This document shows positions 12,001-23,300 of a stretch of 64,000 nt of DNA, one piece after another. Each line of letters opens with the position of its first letter. The stretch's first letter is position 1. The translations under genes and the position numbers were made by a program. The stretch spans positions 7,208,707 to 7,272,706 of the forward strand of contig OZ037767.1 in assembly GCA_964035545.1 (NCBI GenBank), in the 5' to 3' direction. Origin of the DNA: Bugula neritina. Lineage: Eukaryota; Animalia; Bryozoa. The notes below the pieces were generated by a model. That model had not been told where the DNA came from, did no database searches, and saw only the letters and a list, made by a program, of their open reading frames with translations.

Positions 12001-15000
12001 GATCCCTACTGTTGATTTTTTTGTGCAACCATATATTTATTTATTTATTTTATATTACTAGCCTCTAATGTTCCCATGTTCTTCAGACAGTTGTCAAATT
12101 TTGCTGATTTTATTGAATGTTTATTTCTGTAGTTTCAGAGAAGAGGGTTGACCATACATTCTACTGCCGATACTGCTATTACGTCATCTCAGATCTGGCC
12201 GACTATAAGTCTCACATGGCAAAGAAACACGCAGACAAATACTGCAGTGGGGTGGTGCATTATTGCCCAAAATGCCGTTTTGTTACCGATTTACCCCAAA
12301 ACTATAAACACCACATGGCCCGCCACAACGTGCATGAGTCACTCAGATGTGACGTCTGCTACTACTTGGCTCCATCCCAAATGTCTCTCAGAAAACACTT
12401 TCAATCTTTCTGCTGTCCTGCTGCTAAAATTGCTGCCGATTCTAAAATTTTGGTTGTTCGGAATGTAAGATCCAAATCTCAGCTGAATGTAACCGAGAGC
12501 CAGTCAGATGGAGGGCGTACCAGTGTCTCTGAAGGTACTTCTACGTTTTCTTTCTAAACAGTTTTGTAAATAAATGATGTCATGTCCTACTCATGTAGCA
12601 AGTAATAACTCTAAGTATATAGCATTACTCTCAACAATCTAGATAATTGTTATCACAGTCTGTAAATACTTGTGTTGTGTTTTCACATATTATGTAACAG
12701 TGACTAAGACAACTTCAAGTGTATATTTTAGACAATCTTAGACAATCTCCTACATTTCAACAGGTTTGGGATGTCATAAAGAAACTATTGGAAAGTCGTC
12801 TGATACTCTGAAAGCTGAGAAACCTGATATTATTGATGACAGCCGCAGCGTAGCTCCAGCTTCTAGTAACAACTTTTCTGAGCCAGAGACTGGTGATGAT
12901 GTGGAGAGTGGGGACAAACCTTCTGGGAGAATGTCTAGTGTAAATCAGGTTGATCAGTCAAGTATGGAGGTGGGTGTGACAGAGAGAGCACGTGATGTTA
13001 ATGTAGATTCTGGTGAGGTCTGTAAAGATACGTCTGCCGGATTGCCTTCTGGGTTAGAGGATGTATCCCCTTCATCAAAGATAGATTCTCTCCAAACGCC
13101 ACGCGTAGACTCTGATAGCAAACCATCTAAAGCACCTGCTCACGGAGATTATCAGAAAGTGAGTGATGAACAGGTGTCTGGAGCATTGATTGATGCGGAC
13201 AAGAGCCTATGCACCAACACACAACCTGAAAGTTGCCAGCTAGATATAGTGATTAAAGATGAGGATATTCTGGTCTGCGAAGTACCAGATGTTAAGGCTG
13301 ATTCCCGTCACACTTCTGATAATGAGGATGGGGTGCGGAGGGTACGTCGCTCTACCAGGTCGAGCAGCAGCAACAATGCCCTGGCTAGAAAAAGTAACTC
13401 CACTACATCTCAACAAAGCTGTGAACTCAACCAGGTACAATCTGCTTCCTGTTATGACATCATCTGCTATTTGTTAGTAATTTTAGGCAGGGTATTCTAC
13501 ATACTTGCGGCAATCACCAAGTGCTAGTAATAAAATATATTACTTTGTATATTGTTAATATTATAACTCTATGCAGTTGTATGGTCTAATGTACTCACTA
13601 TATATGCATTAGATTAGACTTGTATTTATTTGCCAGCAAGTTGAAAACAGATGTACTGAAGTTTCAAATTTTGAAGTTCTTAATTTAGTATAAAGTAGTA
13701 CAACTAGTTTAGTACAGAATTTTCATAACGAGCTGTGTGGTTATTTGTGTTTATAGAGTCAAGTTAGAAAGACCAGATCGAAAACATCTCTTTCCAGCAC
13801 ATCTCTAGGCAACCGAGAAAGTTCAAAACCAAAAAAGCAAAGTAAAACCGAGAAATCAGGTGCCGCTAAGTCTAGTAAACAGAAGACGAAAACGTCTGCA
13901 ACTTCAAAATCTCCCGTGATAAAGACGGAGCCGAAGCATGAAAGTGGAGAATCTACTCTGAAATCTGATCCTCAAAAAGCGGCGAAATTAATTGAATATT
14001 CGAAGCAGTCAGCTCAGCTAGCTGCCACAGCTGCTGTACCAGTTGACGATGGCTCAGGCATAACGCTCAATGATGAGGTCTTCACTAAAAAACATAGTAT
14101 GACAATAGGTGACGTTAGCGGGGAAGCTGCGGTCCTTCTAGAAGGTGGGTTTTCTAGTATACTTATTTTGTTGCAAGAGTTTTGTTTTCAGAATTTTTTG
14201 TCATTGAAGTCCGATTTGAATGCTATTTATTTTAGGGTTCCGCAAGGGTGGTCTAACCAAACCAATGATTACTCAGTCTGTAATTTCTTTATCCTCCAAG
14301 AACTTAGCATGGGTTGGCAGGCACATAAAGTTGGAAAAATTAGCTGTTTCTATTCCAGTTGACAAAGGGCAGGATTACACTGCACTAGACCTTCCATGCA
14401 ACTTTTGTAATACTAAAGTAAGAGGCATGAAGGATATTTTGACTCATGGTTGTAAAAAAAGTGAGAACAAAGATGTATGCTACGTATGCGCAAAGGTGTT
14501 TCCCGGAGAAAATTACACAGATATTCATTTAGCATGTGTACATCTGGAGATACCGTATGACGAGTATGTTGAATGGCTGACTCTAGGAACAGATACCAAT
14601 CCTCATGTAATGTCAGCGGCAGAGCAATCACAGGAGCACAAGGATAGAGTTGCTGACCATAAATCAACTGTTCCCAATCTCTCCACAACCCCCCACCGTC
14701 TACCCACTCACATCAGGGTGAACGAGTCCCCACACGGTAAATTTGGTGAAACAGTTGATACGTCGTTAAATAAAAGCTTGGAAGAGGAAGCTCTTCCAAG
14801 TGATCAGCAACGTGATATATTCTCGCTGGAAGACCGTCGACAGTCTCGAACTTCTGATCATTCAAGTTGCCAGTCAAGGCCATCTCAGAGGCCATCTTCA
14901 GGTGAACAATATACTGATTCCAGGCATGTTAAGCGGAGAGTAGACAAATCCGAACCACATCTTGAATATAGAAGTCACAAATATTCCAGACAGTCACATT

Positions 15001-17065
15001 CAACTGGTGGTAATAGTGATTACAGAAGAATTAAAAGTAATGATGGTAGATGCTCAGGTTAGTAAACTGTAGAAAAATTAGTTGTGTGATATTTGCGTAT
15101 TGAAAAATAAACGTTATAAACAGTCGCTGAACTGCAGAGCACCCCGACTCTGCTCGTGCGAGACATTTATGCAAAAACTTACTTGTAATAAAAGGCGTGT
15201 TTTAAAACTAAATCTACTCATTTTTATGTTTTGTTAATTTATCTCCCCTTGCATGTTTTTTGCTCACTGATATCCGAAGCTCTTTTCAAGCAACAGAAAA
15301 CTCATGCTTATGCCTGGTGCTTCAGTTTTTGTTGAGATATATAAAGATTGGGATGATTTTTAAATACTGCTGCTGTAGTGAGTGAATGACTTGTGGCTGT
15401 TTGACATTGTCCAGCCTATCTGTCACACCAAAAAGTAAAACCATACACTAGAAATTGTTTAAATGATTTGCTTACTTACATTTTGTAGTTAATCTTCAAG
15501 ATCATGGTTTCAAAATCTGATCATGATCATAAATTTCTAATCGCTGACAATGTGGTCTTCAGTAGTTTCGGAAACCTGTTTTAATTGCCCGTAAAGGCTC
15601 AAAACACTTTCTTGTACTTTTTCATGCCTCCGTAAAAATTAATCAAAAGCATTATTCAAACTATAGATACAGAGAAATGATGGCTTTAATGTATTTTATT
15701 TGTTGCTAATGAAATATTATATCTTTATGATATATTGTATATTTTCATTGCATTATTATTGGTATTTTAGAAAACAATTCACTAAAAGATCACCGAAAAC
15801 CTGCTGAAATTTCTCGGCGTGCTCAACAGGTAGCGGAACAGCATAGCTACAGATCTTCACGTCACTCTGATGATGATATCGGGGCAGGTAATAGGCCCAG
15901 ACTTCCAGCTTCACATTATCGTCACTACAGTCGCCATGATGATGTGGGGGCGTTTGACGAACACAGACGACCTGTTCCTCGTCGAATTCACCGTAGTCCT
16001 TTGGCAGATCAGAGAGAGTATGAAGAGCAAAGGTATCACGGTCACCGTGACGATTATAATGATGAGAAGTATATGCGGCATGCGCCTGCTTTTACAGAGC
16101 GTAGCTATTGGGCAAGGAATTATGGTGGCTATAGAGAGCGTAGGCAACATATTGAGCGTGATCGAGCTTCTGCACAACGTACTCATCATGATGCTAACTT
16201 TTCACATAAAATTCCTGATCGAAAAGGCAGCCCCTGGTCGACATATGATGTAGAACGATCTTCCCGTAAGACTGACAGTGAAAGTCAATTTGATTTAAAG
16301 CATGCGAGTAGCTATGTACACAAGACAGATGCAGATAGCATCAACCGTATCAAAAACCGATATCGATATAGTTACAGCAAAAATAAAGCTGGTTCTAGTA
16401 ACAGAAGAGGTTCTGGCAGGTCTCCCTCCCAGTCGCATGATCCTGAGCGAGATTTCAGTAAATCACAAAGAGGTTTGAAAGATAAAACAAGGGAGGAAAG
16501 TGATAGAAGTAAGACACACCATTTACGTGATGAAAAGACTTCCGGTCACGGGACTGTACCACATTCTGGTGGTCGCAAGAGTTCACATGAAGGCCATCAC
16601 CTACCGACTTTCCAGGAAAAGCATAGTACACAGAGTTCTAAAGATGACTTGAGAACTACAATGGATCATAGACACAGACCTGCACCTTCCCATTCCTCTC
16701 CGTGCAAGAGTGGACAGAACAGGGATGGAGACAGGAAAGACCTGAAGCTTTGCAGTAAATCCCAAAAAGAGGACAAAAATAGAAGTGACAGATTTATTGG
16801 CCGAACCGAAAGGCCTCGACAAAGTGAAGCTAAACATCAAGGAAGTCCTGGCATTAGTCCGACTAGTTCTGATAAACTCAAAGTGTCACCAATCAGCCAG
16901 TCCTCAGCTAGGAGCAAGCGTCCTCATTCCGACGATCAGCCTGACAAAAAACATAAACGGCGCCGTGAAAGCTCTCCTCATGGTCAGGAGTTTGTTATGA
17001 CTACTCATGATGGACAAATAGTTCGACTTAAACCATCTAAAGGAGGCACGCTTGAACTTGCTTGA
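1..17065 (+). CDS. Giant multi-zinc-finger protein (C2H2/C2HC fingers, CxxH..CxxC repeats, R/S/H/D-rich C-terminus); 5'-truncated by the window edge
   Basis: Hand-built GT-AG exons: <1-52, 487-630, 1016-1311, 1837-2049, 2461-2594, 2921-3152, 3626-3766, 4507-4701, 5893-7515, 7724-8524, 8616-8960, 10250-10567, 10947-11795, 12133-12534, 12764-13434, 13757-14144, 14236-15057, 15771-17065 (TGA). Phases join into one open frame (8921 nt, about 2,970 codons). Many C-x2-C-x12-H-x3/4-H fingers, e.g. CLICCKGFPTSYHHKHHHLTTH and CPQCNYVADQKTTLVEHMRLH. Individual small-exon boundaries are less certain than the overall gene. Confidence 0.85.
105..258. repeat. 19-bp minisatellite (TAGTGTTACCAGAAAGTAA-like, about 8 copies), intronic
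   Basis: Directly visible tandem units with a few substitutions. Confidence 0.9.
1346..1523 (-). mobile_element. tRNA-derived SINE, copy 1
   Basis: The minus strand begins GAGCAGCCGTGGTCTAGCGG (Pol III A-box TGGTCTAGCGG) and has a B-box-like GGTTTGAACCCC. Clearly homologous to copies at 9044-9250 and 52208-52395 (shared CAAGTTTATAGTCAC...GTGAGAA...GGGCTA.GGACTTATT...GGCACAG). Confidence 0.85.
3487..3540. repeat. 54-bp loopless palindrome (1 mismatch), intronic
   Basis: AAAAATTTAGGATTTTCAAACAATAAA|TTTATTGTTTGGAAATCCTAAATTTTT. Confidence 0.9.
4745..5872. repeat. About 1.1-kb 19-bp minisatellite (TAGTATATTCTACTCTGTA and variants) with higher-order structure
   Basis: Tandem 19-mers fill almost the whole intron. 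Variant units recur in the same order. Confidence 0.95.
9044..9250 (-). mobile_element. tRNA-derived SINE, copy 2
   Basis: Minus-strand A-box TGGTCTAG and B-box GGTTCGAGCCC. Homologous to 1346-1523 and 52208-52395. Confidence 0.85.
9349..9805. mobile_element. MITE with about 50-bp terminal inverted repeats, PIF/Harbinger-like
   Basis: Left GTGTAGGGCCACACGACGCGTTTTACACGAGCGTGACGTGCGAGAAATC and right GATTTCTCGCACGTCACGCTTGTGTAAAACGCGTCGTGTGGCCCTACAC. Flanks CAA/TAA fit a degenerate TWA target duplication. A second copy lies inverted at 54079-54520. Confidence 0.9.
10040..10225. repeat. Degenerate AT-rich simple repeat (TATTACTGTATA-like)
   Basis: Low-complexity tandem motifs upstream of the exon at 10250. 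Confidence 0.7.
11587..11744 (+). repeat. Coding tandem repeat: 57-bp / 19-aa unit (VTSEHVVVPPTSAE.ANE.) x about 2.8 within a zinc-finger gene exon
   Basis: TCTGAACATGTGGTGGTTCCACCTACTTCTGCTGAA recurs three times, nearly identical at the DNA level. Confidence 0.9.
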
Positions 17066-19649
17066 AATTTTGATAATTGTATTATACAAACAAATTAACA
17101 GTTTATTTCTGCTCAATTTATGACACATACTGACTGATGTTTATACTGTAAATAGTAAACTTTATGTCATAATAACCCTGATGAACTTACATTAAAAGCT
17201 TTCGGAGTTTGATCAATACTCTCTAATTTCTTGTGTATTATATAGTTTGCAACATTAAGTATTGTAGTTAAACCATGGTACTTCAGTAATATCGAATCAT
17301 TATGCTTTGTGCATGTAATATTCTTATTTTAATATTATTATAATGCCTTGATGTTTGTCCTTTACTTCCTTATGATATTAGTATGAAACTAAAATTATAG
17401 CTCTTCGAACTTTATTAGTAACTAACATATTTACAGTCATGGTGCATGTCCTTTTCGACTGCTGGTCCTATATACATTATATTATTATTTTTCATGTAAA
17501 ATTAAATGTGCTGAAAATATTGTGTGAAATATCTATAATATATTATATGTATAACTCACTACGTCTCTTCTCTTAAAATTTTAAAGCATCCATGTTTGTC
17601 CTACTTTGTGCTCAACATAAAATTGAGCAACAAAAAGAATGCCTCAACGATGTATCAGCTGGAATGGTTAACTTAAAGCTTCCTTGGACACAGTGTGTTG
17701 ACTGCTATAGTGACTCAATAATATTTTTGAGAAGGGCATCTTCAAATAGCTGTTGCATAAATGCTAAATAATATAATAATATTATTGTCTCAGCTCTATT
17801 TACATTCTGAAACGAAAATAATATTTTGTGATTGCACCTAAGTAATAATGGGTAATCATAGTTTTAATTGAGCCCTATGTAAAAGTCATAATAATAAATT
17901 TATATAACACTTACAAGTTTTTCCAACTGCATAGTAAATAAAATGCTGCAAGCTGATATTACAGATCTATGTAAAACATCAATTGCAATTATATAAATTT
18001 AGCAAGTATAGTGATTGGGCGCATGCAATATAGCTGCACACACAAAGTACACACACGCACAAGCACACACTCACGCACGCACACACACGCACACTCACAC
18101 ACACTCACGCACACGCAATTAAAGTGGAAGTTTCTACCAGCAAAGTTGAGTAAAGAATCAATATTTAACTCAAAATAAATTTTCTCAATCAAAGAAGGTT
18201 GGGAAAGCAATAGCTCATGACTGAAACAGGTTTCATATAAATTGTGTTGGAGCTTCAAAAGCTTATAGAGTTATCTTTTCTTCAAAAACTTACCTATCTC
18301 TTTTCTGATTTTATTGAAGCGCAGTTTATAACTAAAATTGACATATTTTTTGTTAGTTTTAGATTTTGCAAATTGATCAACAATCAATATTTTTAAAATA
18401 TAATTTTTATGTAAAATTGAAGTACAATTAATTTTTTCAAGTAATTGAACTTGCGAAACCTTTACGTAACAAACCGAGTGCTTCAGCAAGAAAAAACTCG
18501 CACATTGAGTTTGACAGAAGTGAATATAAAATTTACAAAATTAAAATAATGATTATACTATAGCAGAAGAATTGAGTTCAAGTCACGTTCAATTGAATGT
18601 TTGCAAAACTTAACTCGATTTACCCTATGGCAACCATAGTATTACCATTATTATTATACTTGTTGTTATCCCAACTAGAGGCTGAGCCTGAGGCTGATGT
18701 CAGGTGTGTGACACTCACACTGACAGTGACAGTCACAAGCACAGTGACACCGACGTCTAACAGTCATATAATCATGTATTACTATGGATATGATGCTCTA
18801 TGAGTATGAGTATGGATATGAGTATCAGTATGACGATGACTATCAGTATCTATTACACTTACAGTTAAACTTAATTAAATTTAATGTTAGTTGTTATGTC
18901 AGTATTTATTACTCATTACTGATAGCGATTGTAATTACTTTTAGTTTTACTGAGCACTCCGTGTCACTATCACCATGACTGTTGCTCAAGCTGTTAGTAA
19001 TAATTTAATTACTAATCTAATATTTCCACATTGATCTGCTGTAAATTTAGACTTGCTCCTAGGCTCAAGTCTAGTGTAAGTAATACACTAATACTTCTAA
19101 TAATAGCAATGAAATTAGGTTTTGCTAATACAATATTAATACTAATTTTGAATTAAATTAGATTTTGAAAATGTGATTGTTGATTTAAACTTTGATTTAT
19201 TAATTTACAATTTTGTTTGCAGCAACTTTAGATTCACCGAAATTACACAAACACTCTAATTAACTCATTATGATTAAGTAGTTTACACCAGTGACCTTTA
19301 TCTACTGTCATGTCTACTATCATAAAGATTAAATAGAATGTCAATAGGTTGATGTACTGCTTGACTACTAATGATACATGGTATTAGATAGCAATGACTT
19401 ATGAGGGTAAATGAGAAGCTGTGAAAGAATCTAAATTTAAATTTTAAGTAATTGAAATACCACTTTATCATATGTCGGCACAATTACAGTTATAAAGATC
19501 AGGCGGTGTTATTTTAGTTTTTATAAAAGTGCATTTTAATAGCCTATTATTGCAGGGTTGGTTCCAGAAAACATCTCTTTCATTATTTCTATGCTATGAC
19601 CATGATCGTATTCATGTTTGGTGTATTTGCTGTAAAAGCTATACCTATG

Positions 19650-20101
19650 GGTTTCATCCCAGATAGAAGCTTTCCTCTTGGACACTTTCCATTTAGACGC
19701 TTCTCAGTTAGACACTATTTTGGTACAACATTTATACCTATACCTATATAACTGTTGTATTGATTGCTAAATATGAAATAATAGCTATTATCAATTATCT
19801 GGAATAGTATTCCAATATTCTTCAATTTTTGTGAGACAAAAAAGCAATACATTTAATTTAATGAATACTTATTAAAGTAATACCTGTTCAAGCAGCAAGA
19901 AGTATAGAAAATGCAAAATTAATAAGTTAATGCAGATCATAAGAGTTTATTTATGCATGTACTAAATATCTAGCAATTGATCGAAGTTTATTTAAATATA
20001 CATATATTTCAATAATATTAAAATAAATTGCACACAAAATATATGTTGTACCAAAATAAACAAATAGCGTCTAACTGGGAAGCGTCTATCTGGTATGACA
20101 C
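19650..20101. mobile_element. MITE with 9-bp target site duplication (Mutator/MULE-like)
   Basis: Direct repeat ATACCTATG at 19641-19649 and 20102-20110. Imperfect inverted ends: left GTTTCATCCCAGATAGA...TAGACGCTTCTCAGTTAGACACTATTTTGGTACAACAT, right (reverse complement) GTGTCATACCAGATAGACGCTTCCCAGTTAGACGCTATTT...TTTTGGTACAACAT. Confidence 0.8.
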
Positions 20102-20321
20102 ATACCTATGCAGTACGCTGGAGGCAAATTTCTTATTTTAGATTAGTGCAGAATTATTTTTTTTATTGCAATTATTTGAAGTATTTAGTAGAGTCTTTAA
20201 GTTTATATTAAGATTTTTGTTCATCAACGCAAATAGTTTGAATATTGTCGTACATATAAGTTCTAACTGCAGTACTTTTGTCATGCTGTTGCTAATCATG
20301 CTGTCTTAGTGAGAACTCGAC

Positions 20322-23300
20322 ATGGGAATCAAGGACCTGATAGTCTCCTTGCAGGATAACCCATATTTTGGTGCAGGAGCTGGCTTGTTTGGAGTTGGTG
20401 CACTGGCAGCCGTCAGCAGAAAGGTACGTCTTAGGATCTTGCTGACAATTAGCTTACACTTGTTTATCAAAACACTTATTTAGCATTTGTTTTAATAAAA
20501 ATAAATTTAAACAAGTATCTCTTTGTTATTTTACGATGAAGTTATGGTTAATACTTCACTAAGTATCTAAATGTTGTTGTAAAAAATAATTCTTTGTTTA
20601 AATCAGGTTAACCTAGTTTGAAGTTTTTTATTTTTTTATCAGGTGTAGTAATTAGAAGTAAGACACTGTATTGTATAGGCTACATAAAGATAGCACAAAA
20701 ATAGTTATTCAAATGGCACACTATATTACATATAGTGTTTTAATCAATTTTGTAATTCTATTTCAGTCCAAAAATTTATAATTATTGAACATTTTATTTC
20801 ATTTAAGGTGGCTAATAGACTCAGCATACTTAGCACTATTAATATTAAATGAAGGAAGAGAAAAGTCATATTTATATTTTAGGGTTTACAATTTGGCAGT
20901 ATCCTGTTTAGAAGACATTGCATGATGTCTTTAGAAGTGACCAATAGAGACAAGAGTTACTATTGGGTGCTGAGCTGGATCAGTAAACATGCGAAACAGA
21001 GCACTCAGCATATTGGTGTAGAGACTTCCTTTACTCAAACAGACACTGGTGCAGTCCACACCCAGTACCACTTCGTACCAAGTGTTGGCGATCACTACAT
21101 CAGGTTAGACTTTTAGCTTTCACAATTCGGAACAAACTGATGATTATAATATGAACTCTAAAAACAGTTTGCTATAAATTTCTAGGCAGTAATTAGTTTC
21201 TTTTTTAAAAAAAATGTAGTCATGTAATATGCTGTATTAGCTTCAGTACCATAATGTAATATATTGATTGGACTAGCTTATTTAATATGCTACCCTCTGT
21301 ACAATTTGTAACTTTTCAGGTTCCAAGGCACATGGATAAAAGTAGAGCGGAATAGAGAAGTCAGAGCTGTAAGTGATGGTATGTTTGATTGTCATTGTTT
21401 TTTTTTGTAAGATTTCGCAATATGTGAGCTATTTGTGCAATAACTCTAATTTCATGTTTATGGCTGTAGAGATTTGTGTGTATTTATTGACTTCTAAAGA
21501 CTTCTTTAGTTCCAACAGTTGGAGGGGTGGGTGAGTATGGAAAGCCCTCCTTGTAAACCTTTCCCATACTGGGATTCCAACCCAAGACCTCTGGTTTGCA
21601 CACCAACCATTATACCACAGGGGCTACTTGGTAAAATCTGCACTACATCCCACCCAGTTCCCAAGAACTTCTCTGGTCTCTCTACTACTCCTTCAATTTT
21701 CAGGCTCCCCTGGCTTTTCAACTCCCTCGGATTACTACTACACTTCACTAAAGGCTGAAATAGCCTGTAAAAGTTTTGCCCCCACTGGCATTCGAACAGG
21801 TCTGATATCCCCTCTGTGCAGATTACCCATTACACCACAGGGGCTACTGGGTATTCTCCATACTACTCATATATTTCTTGTTTACAGCTGCACCCTGGGA
21901 ATCCGTAACTCTGACTGCATTTGGCAGAAACAAGATGTTGTATTTCAATATGCTGGACGCGGCGAGAGAGTTAGCGGTGGCGGATGAACAAGGTCGTACT
22001 CCAATCTACACAGTCCGAGGCATCAACTGGGAACCTCTCGGGTCTGAATCTTTCATTAGTTGTTTTTGCAGTTCTTTGAATTCTATTTCAAAATGAATTA
22101 AATTTAAAAAAATTTCTGATACTTCAAGGTAGCATTATTTATTACTTATTATTCACAGGTGTTAGTTTAGAGAGTTGAATAAGAATAGGTTTTAAAAACA
22201 TTTTTTATCTGAATTTCTATCAACTCTATGGTTTTTTAGTTCATTTATAAGTAAAGCGTTATTTTGACTCTAATTTTGATGTAATATTTAACATATATTA
22301 TCAGCTCATAGAGTTTGCTATAGTATGGGAGTGTTTAGGTTAATAAGCAAGACTGGCTTTGTTTGTTTTTTCCCAACACAAACCAAACAGATTTTGAGAA
22401 ACTCACATTTTTATCATTATTTCACAGTTTTAAGATTTTTAAAATTTAAAACTGAAGATGTAACAGCAAATTTTTATTCTGACATAAAATATGGTATATA
22501 CATTTTTGAATTTGTTTTTTTTTAATTTCACTGCTTTAATAGCTAAATTAATTTATGGTATTGCTATGTTAAATTTTGCTATCTGTGAATTAATTGTTCT
22601 CTGGTGAAAATTATGAATTTGAAGACCACTAACAATTTTTGCTTATATAGAAAAAATATAGGTGTTTTTGGAGTTGTTCACTTAATAGCTGTCAGGTCAA
22701 GTGCAACAACTCCTATCTTTCTGCAGTCAGAGTATGCTATGATGTATTGTTAAATTAATCAATTGTCAATAGGAACAATGTTTTTAAACAAGATTTAAAC
22801 TGGCAAAGTGAACCTGACTTAATAGGTGCATTAACTCTTGAAGATTGTGGAAATCTAGCAGTGCTATGTGCCGATAGCCTGTGTTTTTCTTTAGTCATAT
22901 GTCTGTAGATTGCTCGAACAGTTTTGTAATACAAGGTTTCACATTTAATGCAGAGTACATTAATTAATCAGTCTAGTAATAAGTCTTTTTATCTGGTGCT
23001 GAAGTACTTATTGTAAACTTGATTAGTACGCGGAATCTTTTTGAAAAATTAATAGTAAATATTAAATAAAAAGATTTCTACTTACCTGGGAATTTTTCAC
23101 AAATTAAAATCATTTGACAATCTGGCTCACTAACAATTAGAAAAAATGTATTTTATTGACTTCTAGATTTTGCATTCTTTTTTATAAAAAAAACACTAGA
23201 AATCACTTTACAGTTTGCTGGTTACTTACTAGCTTTAGGATGTACATTCCTATGAATTTGTCTCATCAGATTTTAATCGGCAGAAGATTATAGCTGCATT

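Noticed and set aside
5828-17128. Numerous antisense and alternate-frame ORFs overlapping the zinc-finger exons (also 62651-62908 and 63441-63740 opposite pPolB)
   Set aside because: Shadow ORFs of real coding sequence with no motifs of their own.
18640-18980. Patterned hexamer-like sequence and short ORFs upstream of BCS1 (GCTGAG, GTGACA, TATGAG runs)
   Set aside because: Low-complexity sequence with no recognisable protein or splice-consistent frame. It may be near the BCS1 promoter or first intron, but I cannot support that.
21555-21870. Functional tRNA genes
   Set aside because: A/B-box-like motifs are present but the acceptor, D and anticodon stems cannot be completed; these are better explained as SINE heads.
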